IMG/VR virus record: IMGVR_UViG_3300023176_005537
Location: 92,946-156,945 of that record
DNA length: 64,000 nucleotides
Source: a virus
Strand: one strand, 5' to 3'
The translations under genes were made by a program, and so were the position numbers. This document shows, piece by piece, positions 45,812-55,012 of the stretch. Each line of letters begins with the position of its first letter. Position 1 is the first letter of the stretch. Below the pieces are notes generated by a model that had not been told where the DNA came from, made no database searches, and saw only the letters and a program-made list of their open reading frames with translations.

Positions 45812-46682
45812 AAAAAGAGATGAAAAACTAGAAAATGGAGAAGTTGTTTATCTTCAGCCTTCAAACTTGGAAAACATTGACTTCTCTGTTTTTGAGTGGG
45901 TTGATGAGCACCTTAATATTTCCATAGAAACAAACAAAGGCTTTGAAAAAGTTCCAGTTATTTGGACTTCCGCTGAAAGATCTTTTCAATCCAAGAACGA
46001 CAAAGAATTGCGCGATTCCGAAGGTGGATTGATCTACCCTATCATGACAATTGCTAGAACAAGCGTTACAAAACCTAGGAATAAACGCGGTGTCTTTTTT
46101 GCTCCAATGCCGGAGATCAACGACTATAGAGGCGGAGCAGTAAAGATCACAAAGAAACTAAATCAAAACAAAACAGCAAACTTTGCAAACGCTGACGCTT
46201 TTAAAGACCCCGGAATAAGACAAATCAACTTTGTTCTTCCAAAGAAAAGAGAAGAAAAAGATGTTTTTAAAACAATTTCTATTCCGCTCCCGGTTTACAT
46301 TGAAGCAAATTATCAGATTAGCATTAAAGCTCAGTTCCAACAGCAAATGAACCAAATGATTAATCCATTTATTTCCAATGTTGGTGGAATTAACTATTTC
46401 CCTCTTTCTAGGAATGGGCACTTTTATGAAGCTTTTATCCAAGATGACTTTGGAATTGCAAACAATGTTGAGAATATGGGCTCGGAAGAAAGAACATACG
46501 AAGCAAAAGTAAATATAAATGTCTTTGCTTACCTTGTTGGCGAAGGCGACAACCAATCGAAGCCTTTCTTGGTTGAAAGAGAAAACCCAGTTCAAGTTAG
46601 GTTTATGAGAGAGAAATCTAGTTTAGGTGAAAAGAATGATCGAACTGATCCTGTAAAAGATTATAGAAACTTTGGAGAATAA
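45801..46682 (+). CDS. Tail terminator/sheath stabiliser (gp15-like)
   Basis: KVPVIW..ER; P.MTI.R; P.PVYIEANYQI; synteny before the sheath. Confidence 0.7.
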   Translation: MHNKKRDEKLENGEVVYLQPSNLENIDFSVFEWVDEHLNISIETNKGFEKVPVIWTSAERSFQSKNDKELRDSEGGLIYPIMTIARTSVTKPRNKRGVFFAPMPEINDYRGGAVKITKKLNQNKTANFANADAFKDPGIRQINFVLPKKREEKDVFKTISIPLPVYIEANYQISIKAQFQQQMNQMINPFISNVGGINYFPLSRNGHFYEAFIQDDFGIANNVENMGSEERTYEAKVNINVFAYLVGEGDNQSKPFLVERENPVQVRFMREKSSLGEKNDRTDPVKDYRNFGE

Positions 46683-46703
46683 TTCTTTTTGAGCCTGATC
46701 AAC

Positions 46704-46712
46704 CTATTTATT
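46704..46712 (+). promoter_or_regulatory. Putative late promoter (CTATTTATT)
   Basis: Intergenic, ~39 nt before the sheath ATG. Confidence 0.7.
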
Positions 46713-46750
46713 ATAAGAAAAATGATATTTGATGTATAGGAGATTATTGA

Positions 46751-49732
46751 ATGTCCGCTAAGAATTTTAGATTTAGATCCCCCGGAATTCGAATTGAAGA
46801 GATCGATCAAAGCTTCATTGACGAGCCAATCCTTTCCAATGTTGGTCCTGTTATTGTTGGGCGTTCCCAGCAAGGGCCTCTGATGAAACCGGTTGTTGTT
46901 AGTTCTGTTGATGAGTTTATTCGAGTTTTTGGCGTTCCTGCTGCTGGAGGAGTTTCAGCAGGGGACGGATGGCGAGATGAAAACACAACTTCCCCCCACT
47001 ATGGAGCACACGCTGCTGTTGCTTACTTGAGAAACGCTGCTCCTGTTACTTTTATCCGATTGGGCGGATACCAACACCCACAAGCATCAGAGGCCGGCTA
47101 TGCTGGTTGGAAAACAACTGATATTACACCTGATTCTGACTTAGCAGCCAACGGCGGTGCTTATGGCCTTTGGCTGTTACCTTCAGCTTCTAGCGGTGAG
47201 CACGGAACAGGCTCTCTTGCTGCTGTTTTCTACATTGATGAAAAGGCCGGATTGGCTGTCGGACAAGGTTCAGATGCTGCAACTCACTTTTTGGGTAAGT
47301 TTACGGGCAAAATGAGCACAGCAGACATTGATTTGTATTTTACATCTTCTATCGCTGCTGGATATGATGAAGTTCAGAAAAAACAATATAAAATCTCTTT
47401 GAACCCGGATAAGGCAAACTTTATCCGTAAAGCAATGAACACAAGCCCAGTTGCTTGTAACTCTGCTTTGAATGATAAAAGAGAGCTTTTCTGGGTTGGT
47501 GAGACCTTTGAAGACAACATCAAGAAATTGGCTGATGCAGATTCTAATTCAGACACTCTTGCTTTCATCACAGCGCTGGATAAAGAAACCGAAAACAACA
47601 AAGCTGATTATCGTTATCCCGCACAAGCTGCAAAGACTGGATATGTATTCTCGCAAGACTTGGGAGCAGCCGGCTCTTTTGACCCGATTGATAACCCTCC
47701 CCAGAGATTGTTCAGACTTGTTGGCCTGACCGAGGGAAGCTGGGCTTCGAAAAACCTTAAAGTTTCTATCTCAAATATTCGATATACTAAAGTGGATTCC
47801 GCAGCAGATCCTTATCCTACTTTTAGTGTTCAGGTTCGCGGGGTTTCTGATCGTGATGATGCTCCAGAAATCTTGGAAGCATTTGATAACCTCAATCTCA
47901 ATCCTCGTTCTTCTGATTATGTTGCTAGAAGAATTGGAGATCAATATCTTAAGCTGGATCAGACAACTGATAAATTTGATGTTGTTGGTGAATTTCCAAA
48001 CCGGTCTCGCTATATTCGAGTTGAAATGCACCCAGCCGTAAAGGCAGGTAACGCAAATCCTGAACTGGTTCCGTTTGGCTTCTTGGGGCCGGCTCGACGA
48101 CAGAAGTTTCAAATTTGTTCTGGCGCTCTTGATCCTGCGACCGGATATCTTAACTGGTCCGGTTCTTACGCTTCCTCTTCAGTGGCGTATGACATTAACG
48201 CGACTGGAGATGTAGATTGCATTGTGTCAAACAACGCCGGCGAAAACCAAGCGTTTACTGGTTCCCTAGAGTGGCCTGATTATCTTCTTCGTGTTACTGC
48301 CTCTAACGCTACTCGCGGATTGGCGAGAGGGGCTTACTTTGGTGTTCGAACGACACGCGAAGATACCGGTCGTTACTACTCCAGAGCTTATTTGGACCTT
48401 ACTTATCCACTGGAAGGCAAAACTGGAGCCGGAATTGATCCTTGGGAAAAAGGTACTGGAACTGTTCACACTTTCGCATTCTCTTTGGATGACGTTCGAC
48501 AAGCTTCTTCTTCTGCAAAAGGGTGGCAAGATGATGCTGTGTACGCTAATACAAACCGCACAGGCGGCTCTTCTATTTCTGCTACTGGTATTTACTACAA
48601 GCCGCAGGGAGCCAACGTTGCAGCAGCCTCTTGGACGCGCCTTTACAGCAACACTTCCGAAGGTTGGAAGATTGTTTTGGACGCTGGTTATAATAAGTTT
48701 ACGATGCCTCTCCACGGTGGTTTTGATGGTCTGGACATCAAACAAAAAGATCCTTTCTCCATCGATGAATTGGACGGTGGCGCTGCAAATGATGGCCGAA
48801 CAAACTATGCTTGGTACTCCGTCCTCACGGCTATCAAAATGTTCAAAGATCCTGAGTTCTTGGACGCAGATGTTGCAGCAGTTCCCGGCCTGATGGAACC
48901 CAACTTGAACGTTCAACTGGCTGATTATGCTCGTGAAAGAGGCGATATGCTTGCAGTTCTTGATTTGGATTCTCAATATCGACCGCTTGAAGTTCTCAAA
49001 CCTTCCGAGGTTGGAACAAACGCGAAAAGAGGAACTGTTTCTGGTGCAATCAACCACAGACGGGGCGACTTGGCACAGGTCAATCACTCTTATGCTTGCA
49101 CGTTCTATCCTTGGGTTGATATTGTTGATGCAAGAAATGACGCAACTGTTACTGTTCCCCCCTCCGTTGCGATGCTTGGCGTGTTTGGGCGAGTTAAACA
49201 AACTTCTGATGTTTGGTTTGCTCCGGCAGGGTTCAACCGAGGTGGTCTTTCCTCCGGTCTGGCTGGTGTGACCGTTGTCAACGTGAAAGATAGATTGACT
49301 TCTTCTGAGAGAGATGACCTTTACGATAACGGAATTAACCCCATTGCTAACTTCCCCGCAGAAGGTATCGTGGTCTTCGGACAGAAAACCCTTCAACTGG
49401 AAAGGTCGGCATTGGATAGGATTAATGTTCGACGACTGCTTATCTTCCTGAAGCGAAGAATTTCGGCAATTGCAAAAACTGTTCTTTTCGAGCAAAACGT
49501 TCAAGCAACGTGGTCTGACTTCTCTAGAAGAGCAAACGAAGTTCTGGAAGGAGTGAAAGATGGATTGGGTCTGGTAGATTACAGATTTGTCTTGGACAAC
49601 ACAACCACCACACCTGACCTTGTTGACCAAAACATTCTTTATGCAAAGCTTTTCATTAAACCAGCAAGAGCGATTGAGTTTATTGCTCTGGACTTCATTA
49701 TCACAAACACTGGTGCAGAGTTTCCAGAATAA
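46751..49732 (+). CDS. Tail sheath protein (gp18-like)
   Basis: SPGIRIEEIDQS; YPWV; WFAPAGFNRG; RDDLYDNGINPI; FGQKTL; RINVRRL; P..AIEFI.LDF. Confidence 0.97.
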   Translation: MSAKNFRFRSPGIRIEEIDQSFIDEPILSNVGPVIVGRSQQGPLMKPVVVSSVDEFIRVFGVPAAGGVSAGDGWRDENTTSPHYGAHAAVAYLRNAAPVTFIRLGGYQHPQASEAGYAGWKTTDITPDSDLAANGGAYGLWLLPSASSGEHGTGSLAAVFYIDEKAGLAVGQGSDAATHFLGKFTGKMSTADIDLYFTSSIAAGYDEVQKKQYKISLNPDKANFIRKAMNTSPVACNSALNDKRELFWVGETFEDNIKKLADADSNSDTLAFITALDKETENNKADYRYPAQAAKTGYVFSQDLGAAGSFDPIDNPPQRLFRLVGLTEGSWASKNLKVSISNIRYTKVDSAADPYPTFSVQVRGVSDRDDAPEILEAFDNLNLNPRSSDYVARRIGDQYLKLDQTTDKFDVVGEFPNRSRYIRVEMHPAVKAGNANPELVPFGFLGPARRQKFQICSGALDPATGYLNWSGSYASSSVAYDINATGDVDCIVSNNAGENQAFTGSLEWPDYLLRVTASNATRGLARGAYFGVRTTREDTGRYYSRAYLDLTYPLEGKTGAGIDPWEKGTGTVHTFAFSLDDVRQASSSAKGWQDDAVYANTNRTGGSSISATGIYYKPQGANVAAASWTRLYSNTSEGWKIVLDAGYNKFTMPLHGGFDGLDIKQKDPFSIDELDGGAANDGRTNYAWYSVLTAIKMFKDPEFLDADVAAVPGLMEPNLNVQLADYARERGDMLAVLDLDSQYRPLEVLKPSEVGTNAKRGTVSGAINHRRGDLAQVNHSYACTFYPWVDIVDARNDATVTVPPSVAMLGVFGRVKQTSDVWFAPAGFNRGGLSSGLAGVTVVNVKDRLTSSERDDLYDNGINPIANFPAEGIVVFGQKTLQLERSALDRINVRRLLIFLKRRISAIAKTVLFEQNVQATWSDFSRRANEVLEGVKDGLGLVDYRFVLDNTTTTPDLVDQNILYAKLFIKPARAIEFIALDFIITNTGAEFPE

Positions 49733-49776
49733 TATAAAAGAACTAGTTAATAATAAAAGTAGGAGAATATGAATAA

Positions 49777-50433
49777 ATGGCTAGAACAAAGAATAGATTT
49801 TGGCACCAAAGCACAATCCAACCGAAGCGGCAATTCAAGTTTGTCGCAGAGGTTGGAAACGGTAGGGTTCTTTATCCTTACCTGTTGAGGAAAATTACCC
49901 GACCCGAACTTACAATGCCGGACAAACAGCACAAGATCTTGGGTCATGAGTTTCATTTTCCCGTTGGAACCCAACAGTGGAATATTGTTAACATTGAGTT
50001 TATGGATATTGCAAAAGACTATGCAGACGATGGAGATGTTCAAAACGCTGCCTTGTTCCTTCAGAACGCAATTTATGCTGCGGGCTATATTTACCCAAAA
50101 AGTCTGCCCGATGCTACCGTTGGTCTTACTAAGGGGAAAGCAGTAGTTGCTATGAGTAACTTGGAGGTTTTCCAACTGGACGCAGAGAATCGCGTTTTGG
50201 AAACTTACACATTCCACAATCCTTTTATCACAAAAGTTAACTTTGGTGGTGAATTCTCCTACGATGCAGAAGATTTTGTTATGCCCAATATCGACATTCG
50301 CTACGACTGGGCAGAAATTCAGCCGGGACTTAGGGGTGTTCTTGACCAATCTTACGGCGGTCTCACTTCGGATGCAGACCGGCAAGCAGGTCGCGCAAGA
50401 ACTTTGAGTGGCGACCGTCTCCCGGACGTTTAA
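49777..50433 (+). CDS. Tail tube protein (gp19-like)
   Basis: PKRQFKF; ETYTFHNPFITKVNFG.FSY.......IRYDWA; follows the sheath. Confidence 0.85.
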   Translation: MARTKNRFWHQSTIQPKRQFKFVAEVGNGRVLYPYLLRKITRPELTMPDKQHKILGHEFHFPVGTQQWNIVNIEFMDIAKDYADDGDVQNAALFLQNAIYAAGYIYPKSLPDATVGLTKGKAVVAMSNLEVFQLDAENRVLETYTFHNPFITKVNFGGEFSYDAEDFVMPNIDIRYDWAEIQPGLRGVLDQSYGGLTSDADRQAGRARTLSGDRLPDV

Positions 50434-50459
50434 AATAAAATAGACTTATGAGGTGATTA

Positions 50460-51299
50460 ATGTCTTTAAGAAACAATTCAGAACGGCTTGGCGCTCATCC
50501 TACTAGCGAAGCGCCGGCTCCTGCCTTTGCAGAAAATCAATTTTCCTTTGTCCTTCCTACAATGTTTGTTGAACTCCCTTCAAAGGGAGAGTTTTATTTG
50601 GAAGGGCACCCTCTCCATGGCTTAGACGCAGTTGAAATCAGAATGATGACAGCTAAAGATGAAGACCTTTTGACAAACCCTGATTTGATCAAAAAGAAAG
50701 TGGTTTTGGATCGCTTGATTCAATCCCTTTTGGTTGATAAAAGATTAAGGGTTGATGATCTTCTTGTTGGAGACAAGAATGCTATTCTTTTGAATGCCAG
50801 AGTTGCAGGGTACGGCTCAGACTATGAAGTTGAAATTACATGCCCTAGTTGCGGTGCAAAAGAAAAGAAAGAATATGACATTGAAGAATGTCTTCAAACA
50901 AAAGAAAGCGAAGAGTTGGAAGAGGCTCAAAAAACAGAAAGAGGCACTTTTCTTGTTCAGCTTCCTTTGGTTAAGTACACTTGTGAAGTAAAGCTTTTGA
51001 CAGGTAAAGAAGAAAAGAAGATCTTGAAAAACTTTGACTTTAATTCGAAGAAAAAGAAAAACACAACTCTAACAGATCAGTTAAAAGAAACAATCGTTGC
51101 CCTCAACGGTGACGAAGACAAGAAAAAGATTGAGTTCTTTGTTGATCATATGCCAGCATCGGATGCAAGGTTCTTGAGAAAGGTTTATGATAAATTAGCA
51201 CCAGATGTTCAAATGGCCACAGAATTTGAATGCAGGGAATGCGAACACTTAGAGGTCATTGAGGTGCCTCTCACTGTTGACTTTTTTTGGCCTAAGTGA
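50460..51299 (+). CDS. Tail/baseplate-hub assembly chaperone (gp26-like)
   Basis: VELPSKG, MTAKDEDLL, LLVGDKNAILL.AR..GYG, CPSC...CREC, FFWP end. Confidence 0.8.
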   Translation: MSLRNNSERLGAHPTSEAPAPAFAENQFSFVLPTMFVELPSKGEFYLEGHPLHGLDAVEIRMMTAKDEDLLTNPDLIKKKVVLDRLIQSLLVDKRLRVDDLLVGDKNAILLNARVAGYGSDYEVEITCPSCGAKEKKEYDIEECLQTKESEELEEAQKTERGTFLVQLPLVKYTCEVKLLTGKEEKKILKNFDFNSKKKKNTTLTDQLKETIVALNGDEDKKKIEFFVDHMPASDARFLRKVYDKLAPDVQMATEFECRECEHLEVIEVPLTVDFFWPK

Positions 51300-51474
51300 T
51301 GAATACATCCAGCACGTATACGAAGAGATGTTTCTCTTGAAGTACCACGGTGGATGGTCTCTTTTTGAACTTTACAACCTACCTATCACCCTCAGAAGAT
51401 GGTTTCTTCAAAGATTGAATGAAGAGATCGAACGTCAGAACGAACAGATCGAAAAAGCCTACAAATCTAAATAA
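51282..51474 (+). CDS. Second chaperone ORF, probably reached by a +1/-2 frameshift at T7
   Basis: Overlapping frame FFGLSDEYIQHVYEEMFLLKYHGGWS..ELYNLPI.LRRWF; no convincing RBS/start; sits right before the tape measure gene. Confidence 0.6.
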
Positions 51475-51487
51475 TCTTACTTCCCAT

Positions 51488-51496
51488 CTATTTATT
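51488..51496 (+). promoter_or_regulatory. Putative late promoter (CTATTTATT)
   Basis: Intergenic, ~42 nt before the tape measure ATG. Confidence 0.65.
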
Positions 51497-51537
51497 GTGT
51501 GGTCTATAGAAATGACTAATTTAAGGAACTTTGTCAA

Positions 51538-53724
51538 ATGGCAGATCAAGATTTTACAAAAATTCAAGCAGATCTACAAAGAGTGATCGCATCAGAAAGA
51601 GAACTTTTGAAAGTTAGGGAGGAAAGGCTCAACCAAAGTAAACAAACCGTAGAAGTGCAGAACAAACTATTAAAAATTGAAACTCAAAGAATAGAAAATG
51701 ATATACAAGATCGTAAGCTGCAAGCGGACATGAAGGATGATGCCAAAGAAAAAGCAGAAATACTTAGAGAGATTGTTGAACTTGAAGAAGAGTTAGAAGA
51801 AGCCAACGAAAAACTTAAAAAGTCAGAAGAAGCTTTACAAGAATCAAAAGAAAGAAACTTTAAAACAACTTTAAAACAGATAGATGTCTACACAAAGTTA
51901 GAAAGTGTAATGAAAACACTTAAAAACCCATATGCGGCATTGGGGAAAGCTTTAAACTATCTTATCAACCTAAGTATTGCAGCAACAAAGACTTACGACG
52001 AACAAAGAGCAGCCCTTGCAAAATTAACTGGTGGTTTGTCTAGGTATAATCAAGAATTAGCAGATGGAATGAACCAAGCATCTTTGTATGGCGTAACAAT
52101 GGAAGAATTTGGAAAATCATTCAATGATGCTGCTGCCGAACTTACTTCTTTTGGCTCCTTGAATGCTAGCACAAGAAAAGAAATTGGTCTATTAGCTGGT
52201 CAAATGGGCCGGCTCGGTATGGACAACTTTTTGAAAAACTTGGAGATGGGAGTTCAAGGTTTGGGTATGACCCAAGATCAGGCAATGGAAACCCAAAAAG
52301 AATTGCTTGGGCTGGGTTCTGCGTTGGGGCCTAAGTTCAAAAAAATGATGGATGCCGACTTCGGACCAGCAATGGAATCTTTGGCTGCTCATACAAAAGG
52401 AAAAGCAATTCAAGTTTTCAAAGAGTTGGCAATCCAATCAAAGAAGACAGGCTTGGAATTGTCAAAATTAAGAGCATTTTCAGAGCAATTTGATACATTT
52501 GAAGGTGCTGCCTCTGCCGTTGGAAAGTTGAATGCTGCTTTAGGTGGGAACTATTTCAATTCTCTGGAGCTTTTAAAAGCATCGGAGTCCGAGAGAGTTG
52601 ATATTATCCGTCAAGGTATGGCCCTTTCAGGTAAGAGATTCCAAGATCTTTCTCGTTTTGAAAAGAAGTTTATGGCACAGGCGTTAGGGGTTTCTTCTGT
52701 TACAGACGCACAAAAGCTTTTGAGAACAGAGCAGGAAAAAGAAGCAGAAGAATTGGAAAGGTTAACAAAGCAAGGTGAAAAGTTTGGCCTTTCAGCCGAA
52801 CAAATGAAAGAGAGAATAAGAGCAACGCAAAAAGTTTCAGAACAGTTCCAAATGGCAATGCAAAACTTGGCATTTGCCTTCAAACCGGTTATTGATTTTC
52901 TTTCAAAGACGGCTAAATACCTAGCAGAGTTCATGGAAAAGTTTAAAAAAGCAGATCAATCAGGTCGTGCTTTCGCTGCTAGCTTAGGGATACTGGTTAT
53001 TTCCTTGGTGGCCATCAAATTAGCTTTGATGGGTATTAGTAAGGTAGTTGGCCTTATGGGGATCTTTGGGGGCGTAGGTGGTGGAGCAGCAGCAGCCGCA
53101 GGTGGTGTAGGGCTTTTAAAATCTCTAGGGATTGTTGTATTAGGGTTGGTAGTTGCTGGCGCTGCTTTGTACTTCTTAGGCACTACAATCATGCCTGCTT
53201 TGGGCACTGGCTTTAAAAAACTTAGTGAAGGACTAAAATCATTGGAAACTATTTCATGGGAGGCAATGGGCAAAGCAGCCGCTGGACTGACCGTGATTAC
53301 GGGTACTATATTTTTATTGGGGAAATTCTTGACCACGGGATCTCTAGGGATGGGGGCCATTGCCTTTGCAGTAGTAGTAGCCGCTTTTTGGGCCTTGAGT
53401 GGTGCGTTGTATGCACTTGGAGGAGGAATTTCATCCCTAGGTGAGGGGCTCAAATCACTTGAAGGTGTAAGCGCTGAAAAGAGTATAAAAAAATTAGCCA
53501 ATATTGCGAAACTTGTCAAAGAAATCAACACTAGAGGTGCTGATACATTAAAAATTAACTTAAACAAGATCAAAATAGAAGGCGATTTAGATTACACATT
53601 CACAGTTGATTTTGACAATATTCCTAAAAGTCGGCGTGATATGGAAAAGAAACTTGAAAAATTTGTTAAGGAAGTTGCTAAAAACACAAAAGCGATCAAT
53701 GCAATCAAGGGGTATGGTCGATAA
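51538..53724 (+). CDS. Tape measure protein
   Basis: Helical, Ala/Gly-rich, hydrophobic C-terminal helices; position after tube and chaperone. Confidence 0.8.
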   Translation: MADQDFTKIQADLQRVIASERELLKVREERLNQSKQTVEVQNKLLKIETQRIENDIQDRKLQADMKDDAKEKAEILREIVELEEELEEANEKLKKSEEALQESKERNFKTTLKQIDVYTKLESVMKTLKNPYAALGKALNYLINLSIAATKTYDEQRAALAKLTGGLSRYNQELADGMNQASLYGVTMEEFGKSFNDAAAELTSFGSLNASTRKEIGLLAGQMGRLGMDNFLKNLEMGVQGLGMTQDQAMETQKELLGLGSALGPKFKKMMDADFGPAMESLAAHTKGKAIQVFKELAIQSKKTGLELSKLRAFSEQFDTFEGAASAVGKLNAALGGNYFNSLELLKASESERVDIIRQGMALSGKRFQDLSRFEKKFMAQALGVSSVTDAQKLLRTEQEKEAEELERLTKQGEKFGLSAEQMKERIRATQKVSEQFQMAMQNLAFAFKPVIDFLSKTAKYLAEFMEKFKKADQSGRAFAASLGILVISLVAIKLALMGISKVVGLMGIFGGVGGGAAAAAGGVGLLKSLGIVVLGLVVAGAALYFLGTTIMPALGTGFKKLSEGLKSLETISWEAMGKAAAGLTVITGTIFLLGKFLTTGSLGMGAIAFAVVVAAFWALSGALYALGGGISSLGEGLKSLEGVSAEKSIKKLANIAKLVKEINTRGADTLKINLNKIKIEGDLDYTFTVDFDNIPKSRRDMEKKLEKFVKEVAKNTKAINAIKGYGR

Positions 53725-53736
53725 AGGAGTAGAGAA

Positions 53737-54666
53737 GTGGCAAAAGAATTTAAAGATGGGTTAAGAACAGGTGGAACAGATGTCTTCTCTAATAATGGTA
53801 TATACTTAGAGTTTTATCATATTCCAACAAACAAATCAATCAAGTTTAAAGCTTATATAACAAACTATAATGAAACTTATGACACTTCTTTTGATCCTGT
53901 TGATGTGTATGGACGATTAGATCCAATTACAATCTACAAAGGAACTAAAAGAACAATCTCTTTAGGATGGGATGTTGTAGCAGAAACAGAAGCAGAGGCA
54001 TACACAAACCTTCAAAGAGTTCAAAAATACATTCAAATGATGTATCCTCGCTACAATGAGTATGTATACGGAAGTGGGAAATCAAGTTACTCTGTTTCAG
54101 TTGTTGGCGCACCTCCGCTTTTGAAAATGAAGTTTATCAACCTTATTGCAGATTCTTCCAGATCTTCTTTCCAAAAGGTGGAAGAAGAGTTGGACACCAA
54201 GCGCGATCTAAACTCTGTTGGAGTTGGCCCATCTAGAGAGGCAGGCGGAAGTACTCCGTTTGAAGATATTAAACAAAAATTACTATCAAGCTTGTATCTT
54301 GGTGCAGAATCGTATCTTGGTGCAGAATCTGTACGAAAATCCAATCTTATAAAGTTTGGATACACTCACGGAACAGCAAAAACACACGGTATCATTGTTG
54401 CTCCGGGCTCTTTGACTGTTGATAATCACATTCACGATGAAGGTTCTCTTATTCGCTCTATAAATTGTGGTGTTGCTGTTTTGCCAACAAAAATTTCACT
54501 GGCAACCACTTATACAGTAATTCACAATCACGATCTTGGAGAATCTGATAGGTATTCAGTTGAAACAAAAGGTAAGAAAGTAAACAGGAAGTTTAAAAAT
54601 AAAAGTAGAAGGTTCCAACATTTCCCATACGGAGCCCAAAGAGATATCAAGAGGTTGAAAAACTAA
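53737..54666 (+). CDS. Baseplate tube-initiator-like protein
   Basis: FKAYIT...E.Y......VYGR.DPI..YKGTKRTISL.W; PPLL; GTG start with AAGGAG. Confidence 0.65.
   Translation: MAKEFKDGLRTGGTDVFSNNGIYLEFYHIPTNKSIKFKAYITNYNETYDTSFDPVDVYGRLDPITIYKGTKRTISLGWDVVAETEAEAYTNLQRVQKYIQMMYPRYNEYVYGSGKSSYSVSVVGAPPLLKMKFINLIADSSRSSFQKVEEELDTKRDLNSVGVGPSREAGGSTPFEDIKQKLLSSLYLGAESYLGAESVRKSNLIKFGYTHGTAKTHGIIVAPGSLTVDNHIHDEGSLIRSINCGVAVLPTKISLATTYTVIHNHDLGESDRYSVETKGKKVNRKFKNKSRRFQHFPYGAQRDIKRLKN
54294..54329 (+). repeat. 18-nt perfect tandem duplication (YLGAES x2)
   Basis: GTATCTTGGTGCAGAATC repeated twice. Confidence 0.95.
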
Positions 54667-55010
54667 TGCCAAGGAACAAAGAGTTAGGAAGAGGAAACTT
54701 TCTTGTAACAAAGTTTGATATGTTTAAACAAGTCAGCGAAAGAAGAAATATGGAAGCAATTGAATTCTCTTCAAATCTACGCTTCAATCCCATTCCAGAA
54801 AGTGTTGAAAGTCTTCTTTCTTATTATGAGCACGAATGGAAAAGAGGGGACAAGTTTTATAAATTGGCAGATCTTTATTATGGAGATGTTGACTATTGGT
54901 GGATCATCCCACTCTTCAACAATAAACCAACTGAATTTCATTTCAAAGCAGGTGACAAAATATTAGTTCCAGTTGAAATTGACTTTTTAATTGAACAGTA
55001 TGGGTTTTAA
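54666..55010 (+). CDS. LysM-like baseplate wedge protein (gp53-like)
   Basis: HEWKRGDKFYKLADLYYGDVDYWWII..N........GD.I.VP. Confidence 0.8.
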   Translation: MPRNKELGRGNFLVTKFDMFKQVSERRNMEAIEFSSNLRFNPIPESVESLLSYYEHEWKRGDKFYKLADLYYGDVDYWWIIPLFNNKPTEFHFKAGDKILVPVEIDFLIEQYGF

Positions 55011-55012
55011 AA

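Noticed and set aside
48266-49630. 454-aa minus-strand ORF
   Set aside because: Antisense shadow of the tail sheath gene produced by codon bias; no motifs or RBS
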